64,000 nucleotides of DNA from Candidatus Undinarchaeota archaeon (lineage in GTDB: Archaea > Undinarchaeota > Undinarchaeia > Undinarchaeales > JALTGF01), in contig CAZNLD010000004.1 of the NCBI GenBank assembly GCA_964574035.1, positions 547-64,546 of the forward strand, read 5' to 3'. The notes under the pieces were generated by a model, which was not told the DNA's origin, made no database searches, and saw nothing but the letters and a program-made list of their open reading frames with translations. Shown one piece after another: positions 54,568 through 62,628 of the stretch. The translations under genes and the position numbers were made by a program. Every line of letters begins with the position of its first letter. Positions within the stretch are counted from its first letter, which is position 1.

Positions 54568-54942
54568 ATGCAATTGGTTAATAATATAAATTATAACAAA
54601 CATAATTTTATCGATATGGGATTATTGAATAAATCAAAAAAACACAAAAAAACACAAATGCTCAATCTTCTTGGAATAATATTGGAAAAACATAATGAAA
54701 AAATTGAAAAGGGCAGCTTGAAAAGAAGAAGAATTGAAAAAGCAATAACAGTACTTGAAGACGTTAAAAAAGGTAAGAAGGAACTTGATGAACCTACCTG
54801 GAAAAGAATTGAACAGTGGTATAAAAGCATAAAAGAAAGTGTAGAATCAAAAAAGACTGGGAAAGATAAAAAAGCTAAAGAACTATATGAAGAAGAAGAG
54901 AAATTACTTAATCACTTGGTAACGCTTTTAATCCATCAATAA
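54568..54942 (+). CDS. Hypothetical Lys/Glu-rich protein
   Basis: 124-aa ORF. A later start at 54616 (MGLLNK…) is equally possible. Confidence 0.4.
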   Translation: MQLVNNINYNKHNFIDMGLLNKSKKHKKTQMLNLLGIILEKHNEKIEKGSLKRRRIEKAITVLEDVKKGKKELDEPTWKRIEQWYKSIKESVESKKTGKDKKAKELYEEEEKLLNHLVTLLIHQ

Positions 54943-55029
54943 AAATAATCTAAAAGAAAATTAATTAATAGCCAAATAAGCCTTAGAGAAGAAGCATAGA
55001 AAAGGCAGTACAAATAACACTTTTTAACT

Positions 55030-56214
55030 TTACAATGCAGGAACTATTCTTTCAGCAGATTTCTTAACTTCCTTGATATTTTCTTTTGAACAATACACTC
55101 CAACATACCATTGAGTCCATTGAGCTTCAATTAAAGATTCTGCAAGAGGAGAAACTTTTTGAAGTTCAAGCAGCTTTTTGCCTTTTTTAACTTTCATTCC
55201 GGCAACTTCTGAAAGAAAACTTATTGGAACATCCAAAAGGACTTCCCCTCTTTTTAAATCAGCAGATTCAGAAATTTCAATTTGAAGCTCCTTTAATTTT
55301 GAAGGACTTAAACCAAGCAGGTTATCAGGGTCATTTAATTCAGATTTCTTAAAAGTAGCAGCTGATTTATATAAATCTCTTTTCTCAATGCGATTCATTA
55401 ATCCTCCTGAGAAAGTATCCCGATTCCTTATCGTAGAAACAGCTGAAATATCGTCCATTTCATAAAGTTCCGATACAGTAAAAACTTCACTCTCCAAACA
55501 TTCAGAAATTGCTTCAGAATACATTGAATGAATAATTCTCCCGGTATGATGCTGATAAACAGTAGGATACATCAAATACCTTGCCAAAAGCAGCGCCTCT
55601 GCAGAAAATAAACCATCTGATTCAACTACCAGTGTATTTTGATAAATCCCTAAAGTTTCCAGGAGCCTTTCTAAATCAATAACCCCATAAGCAGCTCCAG
55701 TATAATAAGAATCTCTGACCAAATAATCCATTCTGTCAACATCAATCTGTCCTGAAATAATATCAGAAAGGACGCCTCTTTTGCCAATAGCAATTTCAGC
55801 AATTTCTTTCGGATTGAAGCCGTTTTCCTTCAGAATATCAGAAATTTTACTTTTTTTAATTATCTCTACTGTTTTCTCTTCATGTCTTGCAACCTCCGGA
55901 TTATGAAGCTTAAGCGCTTCTTCACTTCCATGAGAGAACGGACCGTGCCCAATATCATGAAGAAGTGCTGCAAGTCTAAGCTTGTCGCTTTTCTTTTTAT
56001 TCAATTCCAACTTTTCAGCAAGCTTTGAAGCCAGATAAAAAGTTCCAAGAGAATGTTCAAATCTAGTATGCGTTGCACTTGGGTAAACAAAATAGGTAAA
56101 GCCGAGCTGTTTAATATTCCTCAGCCTCTGCATTTCATAAGTATCCAAAACCTCTACTTCATGCCCTTTCAGCTGTAAACTTCCGTGAATGGGGTCTTTT
56201 ATTGTTTTCATCAA
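55030..56214 (-). CDS. HD-domain phosphohydrolase (COG1078, dNTP triphosphohydrolase-like)
   Basis: HTRFEHSLGTFYLA … LLHDIGHGPFSH … QIDVDRMDYLVRDSYYTG. Confidence 0.8.
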   Translation of the reverse strand: MMKTIKDPIHGSLQLKGHEVEVLDTYEMQRLRNIKQLGFTYFVYPSATHTRFEHSLGTFYLASKLAEKLELNKKKSDKLRLAALLHDIGHGPFSHGSEEALKLHNPEVARHEEKTVEIIKKSKISDILKENGFNPKEIAEIAIGKRGVLSDIISGQIDVDRMDYLVRDSYYTGAAYGVIDLERLLETLGIYQNTLVVESDGLFSAEALLLARYLMYPTVYQHHTGRIIHSMYSEAISECLESEVFTVSELYEMDDISAVSTIRNRDTFSGGLMNRIEKRDLYKSAATFKKSELNDPDNLLGLSPSKLKELQIEISESADLKRGEVLLDVPISFLSEVAGMKVKKGKKLLELQKVSPLAESLIEAQWTQWYVGVYCSKENIKEVKKSAERIVPAL

Positions 56215-56405
56215 AAGAAGGAAACCGCACCGCTAAAATGGAGCAGTCCTATTGGAATTGAAAAAATTAAAAAGGTAACTGCGCACACTCCACAGCATCC
56301 AATGGAGTTCGCCGCTAAAAAAGACGAAAGCTGTTTTATTGACTTCATGGTTAAAATTTATAAAAACAAAATATATAAGTATTTCTACATATAGGGATAA
56401 GGCAA

Positions 56406-57179
56406 ATGGGAAAAATAAAGAATGGCGACTTCATTCAGCTAGAGTACACTGGCAGAGTCAAAGAATCAGGAAAAGTCTTTGACCTTACTGATGAAAAAGT
56501 TGCTAAAAAGGAAGACGTGTATGACGAGGATACAGAGTATGGACCTGTAACCATAATTGTTGGGGCAGGCCATTTACTGCCGGGTTTAGAGGAAGAAATA
56601 GTTGGCTCTGAAATCGGCAAAAAGGAAAAAGTTTCAATTCCTCCGGAAAAAGGGTTTGGAGAAAGAGATTCTAGTAAAATTGAACTCGTCCCTAGAAGTA
56701 TTTTCAAAAGAAAAAATATAAAACCAGCTCCAGGAATGCCTGTAAAAGTTGAAAACAAACAAGGCATTGTTCAGAGTGTAAGCGGCGGAAGAATTAGAGT
56801 TGATTTCAATCACCCGCTTGCTGGAAAAGAGCTTGAATACGAAGTCAAGTCACTTAAAAAAATTAAAGATATAAAAAAACAGGTTAAATCACTTTTAGAC
56901 CTTCATTTAGGAAGGGCAGATATTAGCAATGTCAAAATAGACGTCAACGATAAAGAAGTTAAAATCGAAAGCCCAGACAACCAAAGAACCAGAAGGTTTA
57001 TAAATCTAACAAAAGATATAGTAGCCAAGGACATACTTAAATATATTAATAAGTTAGATAAAGTTAAGTTTGTTGATGTTATCAAAAGGGAGAAAAAGGC
57101 ATCTAAAAGTAGCAAATCTAAAAAGAAGTCTAAAAAGAAATCAAAATCTAAAAAGACTAAGGAAAAATCTAAAAAATAA
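56406..57179 (+). CDS. FKBP-type peptidyl-prolyl cis-trans isomerase (archaeal long type with IF insert) with a Lys/Ser-rich tail
   Basis: GDFIQLEYTGRVKESGKVFD…GAGHLLPGLEEEIVG…VDFNHPLAGKELEYEV. The tail is KKASKSSKSKKKSKKKSKSKKTKEKSKK. Confidence 0.85.
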   Translation: MGKIKNGDFIQLEYTGRVKESGKVFDLTDEKVAKKEDVYDEDTEYGPVTIIVGAGHLLPGLEEEIVGSEIGKKEKVSIPPEKGFGERDSSKIELVPRSIFKRKNIKPAPGMPVKVENKQGIVQSVSGGRIRVDFNHPLAGKELEYEVKSLKKIKDIKKQVKSLLDLHLGRADISNVKIDVNDKEVKIESPDNQRTRRFINLTKDIVAKDILKYINKLDKVKFVDVIKREKKASKSSKSKKKSKKKSKSKKTKEKSKK

Positions 57180-57201
57180 ATCATATTAACTTGGAGGCAA
57201 A

Positions 57202-58293
57202 ATGGACAAATCTGAAAATATTAAAAGCAAAACTCACGACTTGCCGGGAGACTCCAGTTTAGAAGAACTGGTTCAGGCAAGACGAACATCTATAAAGGTT
57301 ATTGGCACAGGCGGTGCAGGAAATAATACCATAAATAGGCTCATGGAAGTTGGAGTAGATGGAGCCGAATGTATTGCAGTAAACACCGACGCACAGGACC
57401 TCCTTTACACAAATGCGCACCAGAAAGTCCTCATTGGAAAAGAAGTAACTGGCGGACTTGGTGCAGGAAGCGACCCTCAGATAGGAACAGACGCCGCAAA
57501 AGAAGATGAAAAAGAACTTAAAGAACTTGTACAGGGCTCAGACCTTGTATTTGTCACATGCGGACTTGGAGGGGGAACCGGTACAGGTTCAGTTCCAGTT
57601 CTTGCAGAAGTAGCAAAGAAAGCAAAAGCACTTACGATTGGAATTGTCACACTTCCGTTCAGCATAGAAGGAGCCGCTCGGTGGGAAAACGCACAAGCAG
57701 GTCTTGCTGCTCTCAGAGAGCATACAGACACCGTAATTGTTATTCCTAACGACAAACTGCTCGAAATTGTTCCTGAACTACCACTGAATGCTGCCTTTAA
57801 GGTTGCTGACGAAATTCTGGTAAATGCTGTAAAAGGCATAACAGAGCTTGTCACCAAGGAAGGACTTATTAACCTCGACTTTGCAGATATTAAAGCTGTA
57901 ATGTCAAACGGAGGAACTGCAATGATTGGTCTCGGAGAATCTGACACCGAAGACAAAGCAAAAGATGCAGTTGAAAAGTCCTTGACAAATCCACTGCTTG
58001 ACGTAAATATTGAAGGCGCAAACGGCGCTTTGATAAACGTCATCGGCGGATCAGACATGTCTCTGCAGGAAGCCAGGGTTGTAATGGAAACTGTTGCCGA
58101 CAAGCTGGACAGTAACGCCAAAGTAATTTGGGGAGCCAGAGTTGACAATGATATGCAGAATATCATGAGAGTTATGCTCGTTGTAACCGGCTTGAAGAAA
58201 CAGAAGCAGGTTCTCGGACCGGAAGGGTCAGAAGAGAGAGCTGCATACAGCAACAAGATGGAAAAAGAGTATGGCATAGAGTTCGTCGGATAA
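57202..58293 (+). CDS. ftsZ: Cell division GTPase FtsZ
   Basis: [30 protein letters not shown] (tubulin signature), NLDFADIK. Confidence 0.95.
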   Translation: MDKSENIKSKTHDLPGDSSLEELVQARRTSIKVIGTGGAGNNTINRLMEVGVDGAECIAVNTDAQDLLYTNAHQKVLIGKEVTGGLGAGSDPQIGTDAAKEDEKELKELVQGSDLVFVTCGLGGGTGTGSVPVLAEVAKKAKALTIGIVTLPFSIEGAARWENAQAGLAALREHTDTVIVIPNDKLLEIVPELPLNAAFKVADEILVNAVKGITELVTKEGLINLDFADIKAVMSNGGTAMIGLGESDTEDKAKDAVEKSLTNPLLDVNIEGANGALINVIGGSDMSLQEARVVMETVADKLDSNAKVIWGARVDNDMQNIMRVMLVVTGLKKQKQVLGPEGSEERAAYSNKMEKEYGIEFVG

Positions 58294-58303
58294 ACTGAAT
58301 AAA

Positions 58304-58462
58304 ATGAAAGGCAAGCTTAAGCAGTATGCTAGAATACTTAGAGTAGCGAAGAAACCGAATAAGCTCGAATTTAAGAACCTGCTGAAAATAACAGGATTGG
58401 GGCTTATTCTAATCGGTTTCATTGGCTTTATCATAGAAATTGCAGGTAGACTGATTAAATAA
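58304..58462 (+). CDS. secE: Protein translocase subunit SecE / Sec61-gamma
   Basis: 52 aa, below the track threshold: MKGKLKQYARILRVAKKPNKLEFKNLLKITGLGLILIGFIGFIIEIAGRLIK. Amphipathic N-terminus plus a single TM helix. Canonical position before spt5/nusG. The stop overlaps the next ATG by 1 nt. Confidence 0.75.
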   Translation: MKGKLKQYARILRVAKKPNKLEFKNLLKITGLGLILIGFIGFIIEIAGRLIK

Positions 58463-58992
58463 TGGGAATTTATGCGGTAAGAACTACAGCGAATAAGGAG
58501 AAGACTGTAGCCAGACGGCTAGTTGATAAAATTGAAAAAGAACACTATGAGATAAGTTCAATTGTCGTCCCTGGTCTTAAAGGATATATTCTTATTGAAG
58601 GAGAAAAACCCGAAATTGATAAAGCTTACAGAGGAGTTACTCATGTAAGAGGAGTTGTAGAAGGACAGACAACTGTTTCAGAAATAGAACATTTTCTGGC
58701 CCCAAAACCAGCAGTTACAAAACTGGAAGTTGGATTTATTGTTGAAGTGACAGCAGGACCATTTAAAGGCGAAAAAGCTAAAATAACCAACATGGACACT
58801 GCAAAAAATGAAGTGACTATTGAACTCATTGAAGCAACTGTACCTATTCCAATTACAATACCGGCTGAATCAGTAAGAGTTCTTGAAAAGAAGGAAGCAA
58901 AAAAAGAAGGGGAAGAATCTGAAGGAAAAACCGAAACAGAGGAACCCGAAATAAGAAAAGAAGAAAAAGAAGAATTCAAGATGCCGGAATAA
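58462..58992 (+). CDS. spt5: Transcription elongation factor Spt5 (NusG) with an acidic/Lys tail
   Basis: NGN domain IYAVRTTANKEKTVARRL…PGLKGYILIEGE…, KOW motif GFIVEVTAGPFKGEKAKI, then about 35 aa of KE-rich tail. Confidence 0.85.
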   Translation: MGIYAVRTTANKEKTVARRLVDKIEKEHYEISSIVVPGLKGYILIEGEKPEIDKAYRGVTHVRGVVEGQTTVSEIEHFLAPKPAVTKLEVGFIVEVTAGPFKGEKAKITNMDTAKNEVTIELIEATVPIPITIPAESVRVLEKKEAKKEGEESEGKTETEEPEIRKEEKEEFKMPE

Positions 58993-59038
58993 AAGAGTAA
59001 GGTATTTATAACCATACCATTACATTATACAAGATATT

Positions 59039-59863
59039 ATGGAACAAATAAAATCTCTCGTTGAAGCAGGAAAGGCGACGGCAGGACCGCCTTTAGGGCC
59101 GGCTTTAGGCCCATTAGGAGTTCCTATAAATGATGTAGTTCAGGCAATAAACGAAAAAACAAAGGAATTTGTAGGAATGCAGGTTCCGGTAACTGTAAAA
59201 ATTGACCCTTCAACCAAAAACTTTGAAATTGAGGTTGGAAGTCCCCCTGTTTCTGCATTAATTAAAAAAGAGCTTAATTTAGAAAAAGGGTCCGGAAGCC
59301 CGAAAGAAGAAAAAGTTGCGGACATGCTTATTGAACAGGCAATTAAAATTGCCATGATGAAAGAAGGCTCTATTTTTACACAGGACCGAAAAGGAGCTGT
59401 TAAAACTGTTGTGGGAACCTGCGTTTCAATGGGAATTTTAGTTGAAGGAAAAGATCCCAAAGAGACCTTACTTGATATTGATGCCGGAAAATTTGACAAA
59501 AAGATTGAAGAAGGCAAAACAGAACTCAGCGAAGAAGACAGAAAGAAACTTGAAGAAGAGAAGAAGAGACTGGCTGAAGAACTTAGAAAGGCTCACGAGG
59601 AAGAAGAGAAGCTTGCAAAGGAAATTCTGGAGCAGATGAAGGGCAAAGATCCTGGCGACATAAAACACGCAATGAAGGAGGAAGACATATCTATTACAAT
59701 TATCAACAAGGTCATGCCTACAGAAGGAGCTCCGGAAGTTGGAGCAGCACCGGGGGCGGTACCTGGAGAAGCAGGAGTAGGGGCGCCGGAAGCTGGGGTC
59801 GGAACAGCACCTGCTGAAGAAAAACCTGCTGAGAAGAAGGAAGAAAAAGAGAAAGAAGAGTAA
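59039..59863 (+). CDS. rpl11: 50S ribosomal protein L11 with a roughly 115-aa C-terminal extension
   Basis: L11 core GKATAGPPLGPALGPLGV…VGTCVSMGILVEGKDPKE ends near residue 155-160. The extension is a charged helix plus an A/P/G/E hinge, GAPEVGAAPGAVPGEAGVGAPEAGVGTAPAEEKPAEKKEEKEKEE. Confidence 0.9.
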   Translation: MEQIKSLVEAGKATAGPPLGPALGPLGVPINDVVQAINEKTKEFVGMQVPVTVKIDPSTKNFEIEVGSPPVSALIKKELNLEKGSGSPKEEKVADMLIEQAIKIAMMKEGSIFTQDRKGAVKTVVGTCVSMGILVEGKDPKETLLDIDAGKFDKKIEEGKTELSEEDRKKLEEEKKRLAEELRKAHEEEEKLAKEILEQMKGKDPGDIKHAMKEEDISITIINKVMPTEGAPEVGAAPGAVPGEAGVGAPEAGVGTAPAEEKPAEKKEEKEKEE

Positions 59864-59903
59864 GAAACCTTTAAATAGCTTAAAAAATATAGTTTAAAAA
59901 CAT

Positions 59904-59924
59904 CCACACCACTTCGGTGGGAGG
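59904..59924 (+). promoter_or_regulatory. UUCG-tetraloop hairpin that includes the Shine-Dalgarno-like GGGAGG 7 nt upstream of the L1 start
   Basis: ccacaccac-ttcg-gtgggagg. Pairs c59909-g59920, c59910-g59919, a59911-t59918, c59912-g59917, plus c59904/5-g59924/3 and c59907-g59921. ATG at 59931. Confidence 0.35.
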
Positions 59925-59930
59925 CAACTA

Positions 59931-60584
59931 ATGAAAAAAGAAGATATTAAAAAAGCCGTAAAAAAAGCCAAAGAAAAGGCAAAGGATAGAAATTTTACTC
60001 AGACCTTTGAACTAGCTGTTTCTCTGAAAAATATTGATATTAAAAAGGAAGATAAGATAAAGTTCGAACTTACACTTCCTAATTCTACCGGAAAAAAAAA
60101 GAAATTTGGAGCTTTTGCAGAAGGTATTCTTGCTGAAAATGCAAAAAAGGCCGGAGTTAAGAAGATTATAGACAAAGGACAGCTTTCAAAATTTGGCTCA
60201 AACAAAAAGAAGTTCAAGAAAATTTTAAATGAAGTAGATATGTTTGTCGCTCAGCCGGACATGATGGTCGATATTGGTAAAAATCTAGGGCCAGTGTTGG
60301 CTCCAAGAGGACTGATGCCCAAACCAGTTCCTCCGAAAACTGATTTAATACCTATGCTTTCAAAATTTAATAAGATAATCAATATAAATGTCAAGAGCCC
60401 GTCAGTAAATTGCAGAATCGGAACTGAAGAGATGGACGAAGAAAAAATTTCAGAAAATGCAAAAGAAATAATTGACAACTTAACTGAAAAACTGCCGAAG
60501 CACGAACATCAGTTGAAAGCAGCTTATGTAAAACTTACAATGGGACCGAGCATTGAAATCGGCGCAGCGGAGGAAGAAAAATGA
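59931..60584 (+). CDS. rpl1: 50S ribosomal protein L1
   Basis: …RNFTQTFELAVSLKNID… DMFVAQPDMMVDIGKNLGPVLAPRGLMP. Confidence 0.9.
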   Translation: MKKEDIKKAVKKAKEKAKDRNFTQTFELAVSLKNIDIKKEDKIKFELTLPNSTGKKKKFGAFAEGILAENAKKAGVKKIIDKGQLSKFGSNKKKFKKILNEVDMFVAQPDMMVDIGKNLGPVLAPRGLMPKPVPPKTDLIPMLSKFNKIININVKSPSVNCRIGTEEMDEEKISENAKEIIDNLTEKLPKHEHQLKAAYVKLTMGPSIEIGAAEEEK

Positions 60585-61630
60585 GGCAGGGAGAAGTTCC
60601 GGACTGGAAGAAAGAAAAAGTTGACGAACTGGCAGATTTAATTAAAGAATATTCAGTAGTCGGCGTAGTCAACATGAAGAACTTCCCTTCAAAACAGCTG
60701 GTTAAAGTAAAAAAAGGGCTTAAAGATACTGCTAAAATTAAAATGTCAAAAAAGAGCCTCATTAAAAGGGCTTTTGAAAAAGCAGAGGTTAAAGAACTTA
60801 CTGAAAAGCTGGAAGGACAACCGGCGCTTATATTTACAAAAGAAAACCCATTTAAACTTTCAAAATTCATAATCAAAAATAAAACAAACGCTCCTGCAAA
60901 ACCAGGCGCAGAAATGCCGAAAGACATTGTAGTAAATGCGGGAGAAACCGACTTTATGCCGGGCCCAATTGTCGGAGAACTTCAGAAAATGGGTGTAAAG
61001 GCGGCAATTGAAGGCGGTAAAGTCGTAATTAAAGAAGATTCAGTAGTTGCTGAAAAAGGCGAAGAAATTACAAAAGAACAGGCTGATTTAATGAAGAAGC
61101 TCAAAATCGAGCCGATGGAAATTTCGCTTGACCTGCTTGCAGCATATGAAAACGGAGTTGTATTCGGTGCAGATGTCCTTAGAATTGATACTGAACAGAC
61201 TCTTGCAGATATTAAATCATCATATCAGAAAGCGTTCAACTTGGCATTTAATATTGAATACCCAACTGAACAGAATATTGAACTATTTGTACAAAAAGCA
61301 TTCAGAGAAGCTAAAGCTCTTGCTGTTGAAGCAGATTATACCTGTTCTGCAACAATAAAGGATATTGTTTCAAAAGCAGACGCTCAGATGAAGAATTTGA
61401 AAGGACAGCTTCCGGAAGAACCAAAAGAAGAGAAACCTGAAGAAAAAGAAGGAGCAAAAGAGCAGAAGGAAAGTAAATCAGAAGAGAAAGAAAAGGAAGC
61501 AAAAGAAAAGAAAGAAGAGGAAGAGTCCAAAAAGGAAAAAGGAGAAAAAGAAACTGAAGAGAAGGAAAAAGAAGAGAAGTCAGAAAAAGGGAAAGAGGAA
61601 AAGAAAGAAGATAAAGAGAAAGAAAAATAA
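60581..61630 (+). CDS. rplP0: 50S ribosomal stalk protein P0 (uL10) with a KE-rich tail lacking a hydrophobic C-terminal peptide
   Basis: VPDWKKEKVDELADLIKEYSVVGVVNMKNFPSKQL… is the typical aP0 N-terminus. The C-terminus is about 70 aa of K/E repeats ending …KKEDKEKEK. Confidence 0.9.
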   Translation: MRQGEVPDWKKEKVDELADLIKEYSVVGVVNMKNFPSKQLVKVKKGLKDTAKIKMSKKSLIKRAFEKAEVKELTEKLEGQPALIFTKENPFKLSKFIIKNKTNAPAKPGAEMPKDIVVNAGETDFMPGPIVGELQKMGVKAAIEGGKVVIKEDSVVAEKGEEITKEQADLMKKLKIEPMEISLDLLAAYENGVVFGADVLRIDTEQTLADIKSSYQKAFNLAFNIEYPTEQNIELFVQKAFREAKALAVEADYTCSATIKDIVSKADAQMKNLKGQLPEEPKEEKPEEKEGAKEQKESKSEEKEKEAKEKKEEEESKKEKGEKETEEKEKEEKSEKGKEEKKEDKEKEK

Positions 61631-61681
61631 AAACTAAAATTCCTTGAAAACAAATAAGTAGATCAAAAGGCATTAGAAAGG

Positions 61682-62065
61682 ATGAAAAAAGAAAAAGTAT
61701 TGGGGCTTTTAAGGGCATCCAAAACCACTGATTTTGAAAAATGTGAAAAAGCTGCTGAAGAAATTAGCAGAAAAATAAAAGACCTTAAGATAACTGTTAT
61801 TAAAAAAAGCGTTGAATTTGTTGAACCGGAAAAAGAACTTATAGAAAATCCAGAATACTTAATTGTGGATATAGCTCAAATATATAATGAATTGTTTGAC
61901 AAGGACAAAAAAAGATTAATCCTTAGTGTTAGAGCAAACAGTAAACAGGATATTAAAAAAGCAATAAAGTTTTTGAAAGAAAAAGGAATAGAAACAAAAA
62001 TTAAAAACATGATAGAGATTGAACTGCCTGATGAAGCATTCGTCAGACTAAAAGAGAAAAAATAA
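61682..62065 (+). CDS. Hypothetical 127-aa protein occupying the slot where P1/aL12 is normally encoded
   Basis: No Ala-rich hinge and no acidic or hydrophobic C-terminus. No P1-like N-terminal domain recognised. Confidence 0.45.
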   Translation: MKKEKVLGLLRASKTTDFEKCEKAAEEISRKIKDLKITVIKKSVEFVEPEKELIENPEYLIVDIAQIYNELFDKDKKRLILSVRANSKQDIKKAIKFLKEKGIETKIKNMIEIELPDEAFVRLKEKK

Positions 62066-62529
62066 TGGCCCTGCAACAAACAATATTCCTTTTTGCACTG
62101 GTAGCCGGCGGAGGTTATCTAGGGTACTGGTTCAGAAGATTCGACATGTCCGGTTTTGAATTATGGTTTCCAATGGGACTTGTTGTCTCCTATGCATATG
62201 GCCCATTAGGAGGGTTTTTTGTAGGCGCTTCGATAATGCTGATTACCTGGGCTCTCTTTCCATACGGACTTCATCATATGGCAATAAGTATGGCAAGCAT
62301 GGGCGGGGTATTTGTTATAGCAGCTCACTTCTTCCCAATGACTGCAGAAACATTTTTAGTGAACGGCATGATTTTAGCAGTTATTTTTCAAACCGTTTCA
62401 AACGCATTTTATATTTTAACAAAATATCCGTGGATAAGAATAATTAGATTTATTGTGACCAATCTATTCCTATGCTTCTTAATTTTCAACTATATAGGAT
62501 GGGATTTAATTCAGTGGCTTACGGTATAA
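62065..62529 (+). CDS. Small 4-5 TM membrane protein, paralogue of 25659..26111
   Basis: See the shared blocks listed for 25659..26111. The start overlaps the previous stop by 1 nt. Confidence 0.5.
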   Translation: MALQQTIFLFALVAGGGYLGYWFRRFDMSGFELWFPMGLVVSYAYGPLGGFFVGASIMLITWALFPYGLHHMAISMASMGGVFVIAAHFFPMTAETFLVNGMILAVIFQTVSNAFYILTKYPWIRIIRFIVTNLFLCFLIFNYIGWDLIQWLTV

Positions 62530-62628
62530 ACCTAAACTGCAAAACTTATATAACATGAATAAGAAGTGTAGTAAAGCAACCAATATGAAAAACAGTGAAA
62601 ATTATGGTAAAGAAAGAGGGGGAGCGAG

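Noticed and set aside
55030-56214. HD-domain dNTPase-like protein as an anti-viral dNTP-depletion defence gene.
   Set aside because: The motifs and size match the broadly conserved archaeal COG1078 housekeeping family. No defence-island neighbours are present.
57477-58277. 266-aa ORF antisense to ftsZ. Many similar long antisense ORFs occur elsewhere (e.g. 2123..2596, 28223..28633, 34935..35492, 36908..37306, 58641..59015, 60535..60927, 61311..61718).
   Set aside because: Each lies fully inside a gene with strong family motifs on the other strand. Their translations are low-complexity Ser/Pro/Phe/Ile-rich strings, as expected from the reverse complement of Lys/Glu-rich coding sequence.
58995-59038. 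Possible fifth mini-copy of the heptad family upstream of L11 (gtattta taaccat accatta cattata).
   Set aside because: It has only two or three units and overlaps a plausible tttata promoter box. That is insufficient to distinguish it from chance in AT-rich DNA.
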